A DNA stretch of 64,000 bases from Rhynchobatus australiae (taxonomy: Eukaryota): the NCBI GenBank assembly GCA_034780895.1, contig JAUZTB010000098.1, positions 30,714,429 through 30,778,428 on the forward strand, read 5' to 3'. This document shows positions 1 to 11,112 of the stretch, piece by piece; within the stretch, counting starts at the first letter, position 1, and each line of letters opens with the position of its first letter. A model generated the notes under the pieces. It was not told the DNA's origin. It ran no database searches and was given only the letters and a program-made list of their open reading frames with translations. The position numbers and the translations under genes were made by a program.

Positions 1-89
1 CCTGCAAACTTGGTTGTATTAACCTTGGTCCTCATCCAACAGCTGGGGCCTTTTCACTGCTGCATCTCAGTAGCCCCAACCCACAACCA

Positions 90-780
90 CTTTTGCAGAT
101 GATGCAAAGCATTATAATAAAGTGGGCTAGGAGGCTTCAGTGGGGCAAAGAAAGGTGCTGGTGTCCTTTTATCTGAGTCAACGTTAACATGTAGGCACAT
201 CAAATAATTAGGAAGTCAAATGCTATGTAGAGATGTTATATTCCAATCAAGCATGGCCTTGGTGAGACCACGTCTGTAATATCATGTACAGGTCACCTGA
301 GGAAGGATTTACTTGCAGAAAGGACTTATTAGATTGTACAACAAACCTGCCATTCCAGGAATCAGAGAGATTAACCAACTGTGAGCCCATACTAGAGTTT
401 GGAAAGAGGAGTGGTGATCTCATTGAGATGTACAAAATTAAGGGGCTTGATAGAGTAGATGCACAGATGATATTCTCTGGGGCATCTAGAATAAGGGATC
501 ACAATCACAAAATAAAGGATTGACCATTCAAGATGGCAAATAAAAAGCTACTTCACTCAGAGTAGTGAATCTTTGGAACTCTTTTACCCAAGGCTGAGGA
601 GGCTCAATTGCAGAGTATATAGAAGACAGATCAACAGATTTTTAATATATTAAAAGGGAACAAAGGGATAGGGGTTCATGCAGGTAAGTGCTGAGGAGGT
701 TAAAAAAAATTGTCTTTATCTTGCTAACTGGTGTAACTGATACAAGAGGCAGAATAGCCTTGCTACCATTCTTGTTCTCA
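90..780 (+). mobile_element. Degenerate CR1/L2-type LINE 3' fragment
   Basis: FADD-like remnant (tttgcagatgatgcaaag) followed by typical CR1 ORF2 C-terminal/3' UTR text (ggtgatctcattgagatgtacaaaatt...gggcttgatagagtagatg; 'GDLIEMYKI.KGLDRVDA' in ORF 284..523). Boundaries approximate. Confidence 0.7.
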
Positions 781-799
781 TAACATTGTGCAATCCTCG

Positions 800-1850
800 G
801 CAAACTTACCCTCTTTTGATCCTAGAATGGCAGATCATTGATGAAACAACCGAGGACCGTGCCCCTTGCAATTCCTGCCATTATGCCCTGGGGCTGAAAT
901 GATTGACCTCTATCAACGACAACTCTCTGTGCAAGGTATGACTGCAACCATTGGAGTGCTCTCCTCTCAATATTCATTGACTTCAGTGCTCCTTGATGCC
1001 ATACTTAGTCAAATACTGTCTTGATGTTGAGGGCAGTCACTCATTTTACCTCTGGATTCACCTCAGAACAGTACAGCACAGTGATGTTGTGCTGACCTGT
1101 ATGAACACCTACTCCATGATCAATCTAATCCTTCCCTCCTACACGTCCCAATACCCTCCATTTTTCTTATTTCTATGTGCCTAAGAGTCTTTTAAATGTC
1201 CCTATTGTATCAGCCTCTACCACCAACCCAGGGCAGTGTGTTCCAGTCGCCCACCACTGTGCGTTTAAAAAAAGAAACTACCTCTGACATCTCCCCTGAA
1301 CTTTCCTCCTCTAACCTTAAACTGATGTCTTCTGGTATTGGCCATTGGCACCCTGGGGAAAAGGTGCTGGCTGTCCACTATGCCCCTCAATCTTATACAC
1401 CTCTATCAAGTCACATCTCATCCTGTCGCTCCAAAGAGAAAAGCCCTAGCTCGCTCAACCTATCCCCAATAGACTTGTTTTCTAATCCAGTCAGCACCCT
1501 GGTAAATCTCATTGGTCTATGTTTGGAAAAAGGCTATGACAAGGTCTGGTGAAACCAAAACTGGGCAAACATGAGCAGGTTATTGCAAATTAAGTGACAC
1601 AACACCTTATATCAGTTTGCTGATGATCAAGTGTAGATTGGTTAGGTGGAAACTAGCTCAATTAGTTTTGTTCTGCTTTTTGTGAAATGGACACACCCAG
1701 TTTTCCACACAGGCATCTACCTGACAATAATATTGTACTGGCTCGAGTGTAGGTAGTTCTGAACTGCAAGTCTTCAGCACTTCAGCCAGGGTGTTATCCA
1801 ATCCTTCAGCATTTGCTTTGGGCAATGGATAGAGTAAATTGAACTGGCTG
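800..1850 (-). mobile_element. Nested degenerate LINE fragments (L2/CR1-like), with a CR1-type 3' end at ~1140-1510
   Basis: Reverse-complement CR1 3' motifs (ttttaaatgtccctattgtatcagcctctaccacc; ccaaagagaaaagccctagctcgctcaacct; ctaatccagtcagcaccctggtaaatctc) interrupting an older LINE-like tract. Confidence 0.55.
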
Positions 1851-3174
1851 ACTGACTTCTACTATGCTGGAGATGACAAGAGGAAGCCAAGAGGAATCAT
1901 CCACTCAGCACCTCTGGATAACCCAAGAAAAAAGTGTCAGAGATTTACAGGATCACTGGAATTTTGGAAAAACAAAAACAGATCAAGAATCAGAGTGGAT
2001 CAGCAAGAGGGTCTGGAGGCAAATTAGTCACGGAGAGGATTAGGGCTGCAAGGTGGGGTTGGTTGAGGATGCAATCAGCCAAGGGAGCTGCCATCATTCC
2101 AGAAGCCCAAAGACATCAGGGCAAATGTGAGCAATCACTAAGAAATGCACTTAAAAGAATAGTCTTCCCAGGAAAATGATAATTCCCTCTGAACCCTGCA
2201 GTGGCCTATGTGAAATCAGGCCTCCTTTCCCTGCACAAACAGGCTTCAATCTCTCAAGGCTTTCCTTGTGTACGAGGCCCTGTCATTTGTAAGCCTCATA
2301 TGCAGAGAACAGTTTCTTTCATAACCACACTGACTGGCATTATGGCCATGCTCTATGCTTCTGCACATATGCAGACCATAAGCAAGAAGGGCCTAGGACA
2401 CCACTGAGGCTCAAAGTTGGCACTAGTAGATTGAAATAGTTAAGTCTGAATTTACTCCATAGATCAACAGCTAGTGCAATTGGTTCACTTGTTCCTGGAA
2501 ATTCTGAGCCATAGTGATTCACAATGGTGAGCTAATTTATCCTTTTCCAGCCATTTAATGTCTCATGAAATAAAAGTTAAGTCTCCAAATACTGTAATTA
2601 AAAGGTATTTAACCACTGCTCAAGATTTTAATCATTTGTCTAAAGATTTCCATCTTTCCCTGCTTTCAATATTATCCTGTGATATACCTTAAAACTATTA
2701 CCATCTTAAAGTCACAATGTAAATACAACAATACTTTTGTTAAATCAACACCAGCTGATAATTCCATTTACATTTATTAAATTAGATCAAGGCAGGCACA
2801 GATAGGCCAAAGAGCTAGATAGTTAATAAGAACGTAATACATAAAAGCAGGATATCAATCAGCTCTCCTACTTGTGTCCAAAAATCTACCCATATCAGCA
2901 TTTATTGTGTGCATCGAATTATTGTCAACAGCCTTGAGGTACAGCCCTCCAAAAGACTTACAACCATTTGTAAAAAAATTCTGCTCATCTCAGTACCCCT
3001 ATGTCTGGATGCTCCAAGTTTAGTGAAACAGACTCTCAGAATCTATTCTGTCAATTCCACTCAGAATTTTGTATGTCTCACCAGATCATATCCAATTCTC
3101 CAAAACCCAGTAAACCTTCATTTAGGTACAGAAACACAATCCTCCAAGTAAGATCTTATATTACTTCAAAAAAA

Positions 3175-4340
3175 TTACAAAACTGCAGATGCTGGAAACA
3201 TTTAAAAATAAAACAGAAAATGCTGGAAATACTCAGATCAGGCAGCCTCTGCAGAGGGAAAAGAAAGATGTGCCTGGTCATGGCATCACATTGAAGGCAG
3301 CATAAACTACAGAGGATGATCCACTCAATGGGGAGGCTCAAAGGGTAGAAGAGCAAGCCAAGGAGCTACTCGACACATCTTCCCCTCCTTTTGCACCATT
3401 CCAAAGGAACAGTTCTCTCAGCAACTCCCACTCTTCTTCTCACAACGTTCAGGTGGAGCAGTACCTCATTTGTGAATTCAGTGGAGTGTGTTAGGTGCTC
3501 ACAATATTGTTTTTGCTAGAGGAAACCAACTGCTGAAAGACCTCAGCAAGTCTATCAGCATTTGTGGCAGCAAAGAAACTGTCGACGTTTCAGGTCAAGA
3601 CAGTGCATCAGGACTTTGAGTGGAGAGGGAAGATAGCTGGTATAAAGAGGAGAGGGGCAAGGTTGAGACGGGAGCTGATAGGTCATTAAGGAGACTGGAA
3701 AAGGAGGAGTCAGGTGGGGTAGAGGAGTTTGGAGACAGTGGCTAGTTGATGATAGATGGAAGCAGACAAGGAAAACAAGAGGCAGATGGAGACAGGGAAG
3801 TGGGTGGGTGGGGGAAGGTGGGGACACCTGTTGGAGAGTAATAGGCAATGACACAGACGCCACAAGTACTGGAATCTGATAATGGGATCCATTAAAAGGG
3901 AGAGATGAAACCGGGGAAGGGGATCTGGTAGGTCAACTGTGTGGGTAGCACATGGATAGAACTAGGAGGGGTAGAGGAATGAAAATGGGTGGGTGTATGG
4001 TAAAGGGAACAAAAATTGGATCAGAAGGAGAGAGTGAGGGGCAAAGGTTATCAAAATTGTTAAATTCAGTGTTCATACTATTAGGTTGCAGACTACCCAG
4101 ATGGAATATGAGGCATTATTCTTCTATGGTTTCCCCTACATTGAAGGAATCAAATGCAGACTGGGTGATCATTTTGAAAAATACCTCTGTTCAGCAGCAT
4201 ACTGAGCTTTCCTGCTACCCATCACTTTCATTTGCCATCTCTCCCTTCAGCTTCCAACAATATTCCAACAAAGCCAATGCAAGCTTGAGGAATACATCTC
4301 ATCTTATGCCAGACATGTGCAGCTCTCAGGACTTAATGAA
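3175..4340. mobile_element. Penelope-like (GIY-YIG) element remnants in both orientations
   Basis: Chondrichthyan-type terminal motif aactgcagatgctggaaa (3181). Minus-strand 'LIFHLGSLQPNSMNTEF' at ~4060-4115 and a frameshifted plus-strand 'KLEE..LI...QLSGLN' at ~4280-4337 both resemble the C-terminus of Penelope GIY-YIG ORFs. Confidence 0.6.
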
Positions 4341-5770
4341 TCAGAATCAGGGGCATACAGCACAAAGACAGGCATTTTGACCCACCTCGTCCATCACATC
4401 TGCACTGATCCCATTTTCCTGCATTAGGCCCATATCCCTCTACACCTTTCCTATCCAAGAACTTGTCCAAATGCTTTTTAAATATTGTTATAGTATCTGC
4501 TTCCATTATCCCCTCTGGTAGGCTGTTCCAGCTATTCATTATCCTGTGTGGAAAGACTTACCCCTCAGATCAACTTTAAATGTTTCCCCTCTCACCTTAA
4601 ACCTATGCCCTATAGTTCTAGACCCCCATGGCCCGGGAAAAAGATTCTGATTATCTATGCCCCTTATAATTTTATAAACCTCTACAAAGTCACTCCTCAG
4701 CCTCCTTCATTCCAGTGAGAATAAATCCAGCTTATCCAATCGTAACTATAGCCCCTTCCAGATAACACCCTAGTGAATCTCTTCTGCACTCTCTCTCTCT
4801 CTATTGCTGCCACATCCTTCCCGCAGTGTGATGACCAGAACTGTACACAATACTCCGAGGGTGGTCTAACTGCACAACAAATTTTGTACAACTGCATCAA
4901 GGCATCCCATCACTTACGCCCAATGCCTCAGCCAAGGATACCAAGTGCTTTCTTCACTACCCTATCCACCAGCATCGCCACTTTCAGAGAGCTATAGACT
5001 TACACCATAAGATCTCTCTGTATGTCAACACTACCAAGGTCCCTGTCATTTATTCTACCAAAAATTTGACTTCCCAAAGTGCATTACCTCCCATTTGTTT
5101 GGATTAAATTCCATCTGGCACCACTCCGTCCAATTTTCCAACTGATTTCCTGCTGTATACTTAGACAACCTTCATCTATGACTCCAACAACTTTTGTGTC
5201 AGCTACAAACTTACTAATCATTTTCCCTATGTTTTCATCCAAGTCATTTATACATATGCACACAAGCATATAACAGACAACAAAAGTTCCAGCACTGATC
5301 CCTGCAGTACACCACTTGTTGCAGATTTCCAGTTTGAGAAACACCTATCCACCACTACCCTCTGCCTCCAATCATCCAGTCAATTGTGGACTCAGTTTGC
5401 CAACACTTCAGATCCCTTGTGCCTCAAATTTTCTGGACCAGCCTAACATGCCGAACCTCTTCAAAAGCCTTTTTAAAGTCCATGCAAGCCACGGCCCCTG
5501 CTCTGCCTTCATCAATTTTCTTGGTTACTGCATCAAAACACTCAGATTTGAGAGACGACATCTCTCTTGAACAAAACCATGCTGGCTCCTCCTAATCAGT
5601 CCCTGCCTTTCCATGTGACACAAATCCTGTCCCTCAGACTTTTCTCCAACAAACTTCCTTATCAGTGATTCAAGCCTCACTGGCCTGTAATTTCCAGGCT
5701 TATCCCAAATGCCCTTTTTTCAAAAAAAAAAAGGGACAACATTAGCTTTCTTCTAGTCTGCAGGAATCAC
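4340..5770 (-). mobile_element. CR1-type LINE, 5'-truncated, with RT remnant
   Basis: Minus-strand ORF fragments: 'INDLDENIGKMISKFVADTKVVGVID' (5084..5344), 'EYCVQFWS..KDV..ERVQKRFTRVL' (4697..4900), 'WNSLPE..EADTITIFKKHLDKFLDRKG..GYGPNAGKWD' (4333..4539). These are characteristic of CR1 ORF2 and its 3' end. Confidence 0.85.
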
Positions 5771-5849
5771 CCCTTCATTAACAATTCAACAATTTTATGT
5801 AACCAGACTTGCTTACATCAAATCTAGCCACTTCTGATGGAATGTTATC

Positions 5850-6200
5850 AACCTGTAAAATTAGTTTTTCCTCTCTTGCAGATGTTGCTCAACCTGCTGG
5901 TCATTTCCANNNNNNNNNNTAGTGTTCCGTATCTCACTGTTTCAGCACTTTCCCTATCTCGGCTCTGCCTTATTCATCCTCTCAGTCAACACCACCACCA
6001 TTTAATCTCTCTTGATCGCCATCCTACCACTGATATTCTTTTTATTCTCTCTACCCCCCTGCTAATAACTAAAAAATTGATTTTCCCCCCACTTGTCAGA
6101 GATCAAATGGAAGGCCATCAATCCAAACCATTAACTGTTTCTCTCTCTATCTGATACCCAAGCTGAGTATTTCCAACATTTTTCATTTTGTCTCACAAAA
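5850..6200. mobile_element. Penelope-like terminal remnant
   Basis: gcagatgttgctcaacctgctgg...ctgagtatttccaacattttt, the same terminal motif family as at 3181, 13640, 49720 and 52160. Confidence 0.45.
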
Positions 6201-6538
6201 CCTCCAACAAAAAGCCAACGTACATTTTGTCTTGCTAATTGCTTGGTGCACATGCATATTTACGTTTTGCATCTTATGAACCAAAAGCTGGAAGTCATAG
6301 GCAGAAGACCCCTTGGGTCATAATTTTCCTACAATATTCTTCCACCATACAAATTTATATTTAAAGGTGATATATTTTAACCAAATATATTCTGGTTAAA
6401 CCAAATATTGCAACTATACATGCTTGTACAAGTCCTTAAAAACAGTAGACGGCGATTTTTCATTAAAATAACCATGAAGTAATATTTTTTTCTACAACGT
6501 GAAACTTCTGCATTTGGTGTTCAAAGCTTTTTTCTTAC

Positions 6539-6634
6539 CTGCATTTTGCAGAGTTTCGATATTTTGTGGCCTTGTAGCAAGTTCTGCAATTGTTTGCACA
6601 AAGTGTGTTCTGGCCTTCTGGTACTGCTCAAAAA
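6539..6634 (-). CDS. SPAG6: SPAG6 coding exon 2 (96 bp)
   Basis: ctttttgccccag|TT TTT GAG CAG TAC CAG AAG GCC...CAA AAT GCA G|gtaag; encodes (V)FEQYQKARTHFVQTIAELATRPQNIETLQNA(G). Confidence 0.95.
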
Positions 6635-7292
6635 CTGGGGCAAAAAGATAACAATAAATTTGTGAGACTCAAGAAATAATGCACGTAAATGATTAAACGA
6701 GGATCTTAAAAGCATCCAATACCACCTGTTGTTAGGTTCTGGATTCAAATCCCAATCTAAATACTTGAGCTCAAAACCTAGGTAGAATCCCAATGTAGTA
6801 TGGAGAAACGTCCTCTTTCACATTAGATGTTAAACGAAGGCCTACGATGTTTAATCGGATGAATACGAAAGATCCCAAGGCAGAATTTGGAGAACCGAAG
6901 AGATCTCCCTAGATACCATTTATCGTCAACCAGAACCACCAAAACAGGTGTGGTCATCCTTACACTGTTGTCCGTGGATCTTTGTATACACAAATAGGTA
7001 GCCCGTTTCCTACACAACACTTATTAACAGTCCTCGTGAACCGTAAAGCACTTTGTGATATCCTACAGCAGTGGAGAGGTGCTGTACAAGTTAAGTGCAG
7101 GTCTCCCTTTTATAGAAATAGCGGTTCGTAATTTCAGGCGGTAACTTTCTGATAAGGTGGGAAGAAGGACACACACACACAATTAAGGGCATTAGCTTCC
7201 TCTCTCGCTTCTTAAGAGTGGTTTTCAAAGCAAGTGAATGAGGTTATAATTTCCGAGCCACGATTACCTTGCAATGCCAGTCTCTGGGTCAT
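6539..7292 (-). CDS. SPAG6: SPAG6 (sperm-associated antigen 6, armadillo-repeat central-pair protein), 5' part: coding exons 1-2; the gene continues beyond the left edge
   Basis: Spliced translation MTQRLALQ-VFEQYQKARTHFVQTIAELATRPQNIETLQNAG matches the vertebrate SPAG6/PF16 N-terminus. Canonical GT-AG sites; syntenic position downstream of BMI1. Confidence 0.95.
6730..7110 (+). mobile_element. DeuSINE/SacSINE1-like SINE in SPAG6 intron 1
   Basis: tRNA-like head remnant (ggattcaaatccc), Deu-domain-like core (gatgttaaacgaaggcct...ggatg...aaagatcccaaggca) and tail (aaataggtagcccgtttcctaca...gtaaagcactttgtgatatcct...aggtgctgtacaa). Family assignment from recalled consensus. Confidence 0.6.
7268..7292 (-). 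CDS. SPAG6: SPAG6 coding exon 1 (25 bp)
   Basis: gtcaccATG ACC CAG AGA CTG GCA TTG CAA G|gtaat = MTQRLALQ(V); Kozak A at -3; the phase-1 donor matches exon 2. Confidence 0.92.
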
Positions 7293-7690
7293 GGTGACCG
7301 TATGGAAGCGGACAGGGCTGTGTGCGGCCGCTCGCAGCCCTCCACAGCCGCCACCGCGCTCCGCCGAGTGTCCATGACAACCAGCGGCTCTGCGAATTGT
7401 GCTGTGCCGCGATTGCCACAGCGACGAACCGGAAGAGGATCCCAGCCCAGTTCTTGGCAGAGGTCGTTACTCCGTGCTTGTGACGTGCCGCGCGCGGGCA
7501 GTATGCGCGTTCGGTCACCGACCGGAGGTTCGCGGCGCGATTCTGCGGCGCAGCAGCCCCGGCGGTCAGTGGTTTCAGTAAACCTTTGATGGACGGGAAC
7601 TCGGGGTTGCAAGCGTTTGCATTGTCCAGCCCGCACCGAAGCAGGACACCAGTCCGGCTTTCTTTCAGACCTGATCTTCGGTTATTTGTT
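7293..7690 (-). promoter_or_regulatory. SPAG6 CpG-island promoter/5' UTR with RFX X-box
   Basis: GC/CpG-rich; X-box GTTGTCATGGACAC (minus, 7368-7381), ETS-like CCGGAAG (~7429), TGACGTG (~7481). Confidence 0.75.
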
Positions 7691-10600
7691 CTGCCCCACA
7701 ATACCACATTTTCTAATGAAAAGGTGATTGGTTATGCAAATTTTCTACGGTAAACTACTGCAAGTTTTCATCTGAAAGTAGACCAGACGTGGACCTTTGT
7801 AAAATTAGTTAAGTGTGATCCTTTTGGTATCAATGTCATTTATATTGGCGTGGAACAAAACAAACCAAATACATTTAAAAGCAAATATATTCACGAGNNN
7901 NNNNNNNNNNNNNNNNNNNNNNNNNNNNNNNNNNNNNNNNNNNNNNNNNNNNNNNNNNNNNNNNNNNNNNNNNNNNNNNNNNNNNNNNNNNNNNNNNGAG
8001 TGTCAAGATTAACGCGGAAATAGTTGAAGTGGCAGTAAATGCGACCTGGTGATCAGTCTAAAACATCTTTTTTCTTCGACATGAAAGTTGTTAACACCAC
8101 GACGCTTAACTATTGATTAATCGTAACTTTTGATTTCTCGACATGGTCTGCATTGTCATGTAGCAGTTCTTATTTTTAAATTGTTGGTCTTTCCAGGCAG
8201 GTCCTTCATATGCACGCTTCAATACATTTTTTTTCATGAACCAGTGAACAGTGACAAAATTTCTGCGCACAAGAAACACGTTCGTTGTTCTCTTACTAGC
8301 AGCGGTAATGAAGTTAAAGTTCTTGAGACCAATTCATTATCACTAATATGTTTATTCTGCATGCAAATTCATTTTCTAGAATACTGATAGTCATTTTTGT
8401 TTCCTTTTTGAAAAATAGATTAATCAGTTTATTCCTGTAACTTACGCCACATAATGTGTCCATAAAAAGCCAGAGTTTAACATTAATTTTAATATATCAG
8501 TTATTTGGAATAAAACATAATTTCATTCAGAATCCACTATGTTCGTGTGTTTTTTTAAAGAATATTAAAATATTTAGTTTTCTCAAGCTTGTCTCAATGT
8601 TGTTTATTTTAAAGATATGCATGTTTTAGTTCTGCTTCTACCACAATTGGTCACATTTACTGGTGCAGAAGGACGTCTCCATTGTCCACAATAAAGGATT
8701 TTTTTTTCCCGGAGGTTCCAACGATGCTTTGTTAAATTTATTGTTGGACTAATCTGTATAGTCTCCTGTTCGTATCTCCTTCTACCCAGCGTTAATACTT
8801 TTTAAAATAAATTTGCATAGAGCCTGTACTGAGATCCACTACAGTTATGATTTGAAACTATTTATTTAAAGATGCACCACTGTGCTGGACGATGCAGCGT
8901 TCAGGGTGGTCGCACCTGAATGTGGCTCTGGAGAGCAATTGTTCGAACCGCACTCTATCCTACGCAGATGACGCAGGCGCAAACGAAGCGTGCACAACGC
9001 GCAGCAACTAGCCTCGTGAAAAGCCACGAAAGTTTATTTTTGTTCGCTTTCTGACGATTTAAATACCGTTTGTCACAGTTTTCCTATCATATTAAAGTTT
9101 TCCTTTAATGACGCAAAAATGCTTGAAAGAACTTACCTTTAAATTAAAGGGTTCTACTTGAGCTACTGTGTGTGTATATACATGTTTCCAAAGTACTGTG
9201 GGGACAGAATAAAACCACAGGCGTTCAATAATTCCAGCGGTTCTGGCTTTATCCTAACCCGTTTCTGGGGTAATTACGCAGTGATTGGCATTTCAAGACC
9301 CGCCCCTGTTATATAGACGTCACGGCAATGGAGCTGCTGAAACACAACTCAGAGACCCAGCTCTTGGCTGTCAATCAGTAGCGTTTGTCGTAATGAGATA
9401 GCTACTTAAGGAGGTCGGATGAAATTTTCGGGATAGGTCTGCTGCATTCTGTAAATAGTTCGATTTAACTATTACTTGCCTGTTATTGAAATTTTACAAC
9501 AATAACATTTCGAATATTTTATGGATCGTAATCAACTTGATTATGATAGTAAAAACTTATGCGTGGTGCAAATTTTAAGGCGAAATTGCTTGGTAATTGG
9601 GAGATTTCCCTGCATTTGAAAATGAAACGGCAGCATTACATTAACTAAGCACCAGTATTCATTTAGTATTCACAAAAGCAGTTTTGAACTTTCTCAAGGG
9701 CATTTAATAGACCATTTGCCATAACATTGTGAAATAGGAAAGGTCAGCATGAGAATGAATGTTTCGGGTTTGACGAGTTGCAACGTTTAGGTCTATTCAA
9801 TATTTAACGTTATATTTAACAGTTATTATGCCCGTTATTTATATTAGTGTATTCATAAAGAAAGTTTTGTTGTCGTGTCACAGCTGTTGACTTCTTATCC
9901 GTTAAGTCTTGTAAAAGCTGGAAAGACTAAGGGATAGTAGTACGTTTAATGATTGCCTGATTTTTCAGTTCTGAATGCTGGCGAGCGTGGGTGTTGGATC
10001 GATGGTAGTGGTTAGCCATAGCAAGCTTCAGGTAAACTCCAATGCAAACGATAGCACTCAGATCACGATCTACCGAGGAATGTTTAAAAAAATCTGAATC
10101 TCCATTTCGGCTCTCCTTAACTAATTTCTTTCGTCATTATCAGGCTCCAGGTCTCCACTCGAATAAATTATCATGACATAATTTAAATACTGCTGTAATA
10201 ACATTCAAATATTTACTTGCTCTGATGACGTCCTGAAAGCTACTTTGTATTGTGAACAGATGTCAGCAAATTTGTGGTCAAATAGTGACACATTATTTCT
10301 TATTTCCAGAAATGTGAAATTTATTTCACATGGCATTTACGTATGTATCTCAAATTCGTGCATTTAATTCAGTTCCACACTGAATAATGCGCAGTCTGGA
10401 AAATAACAACACAGAAAATTTTACCAATATATTATTACTGAAAATAATTATATCTTAATAATTTTATTAGTTGATGTAAAAAAAGAATAGCACATCAGGA
10501 AACTGGATGTTGGCAGATTGATGGGTTAAACTCAAAGCCATCCACGTAGAAAATATTAAATTAACATGATATGGAGAGGTTGATGGATTTCCAAAGCGAA

Positions 10601-11032
10601 ACCGGTCTGTTTAGGAAATCGTTTATTTGTTTATTCAACATGTTTTGCATTCTGCCTATCAAGTTCACTTATGAAACTACAAGGTAATGAAAGAATTCCT
10701 TGTGATAACATCCCAACCCGTTCAAAATTAAATAGTAATATTAGTGCTTAATTGATGTAATTTCTTCTGACACTGCGGTAGTTGAGAAAGCCAGAATATT
10801 GCGACTCTGTAGGCATTTTCTCTACCGGTGGTGTGTATTCTTTAATCTCATTATAAATAAATCTTGTTTACTGTGTTCAAATACGAGCTTTTTGGGGGGT
10901 GCCTTTTAACTTTCAAAAGTGCAGTTAGCCAAGTCAAGAGAAATATCCGGGAAATGTAGAACGTAAGTTGGCTGAAGGGAGAGGGAGATGGGACGGGTAA
11001 AATTGGTATGAAGAAGCTGGGAAGAACAGCGT

Positions 11033-11112
11033 TGGAGTGGAGTGGAGTGGAGTGGAGTGGAGTGGAGTGGAGTGGAGTGGAGTGGAGTGGAGTGGAGTGG
11101 AGTGGAGTGGAG
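11033..11112 (+). repeat. (TGGAG)16 pentanucleotide microsatellite
   Basis: Perfect tandem TGGAG array read directly. Confidence 0.95.

Noticed and set aside
1-6500. SPAG6 exon 3 (VMSLLR..LLDVVP..QQTAALALGRLA)
   Set aside because: Not found on the minus strand. The region is intron 2 filled with retroelements, so exon 3 presumably lies left of the window.
7264-7707. Overlapping 106-147 aa ORFs on both strands at the SPAG6 promoter
   Set aside because: Stop-poor GC-rich CpG island with no recognisable domain. The real coding part is the 25-nt SPAG6 exon 1.
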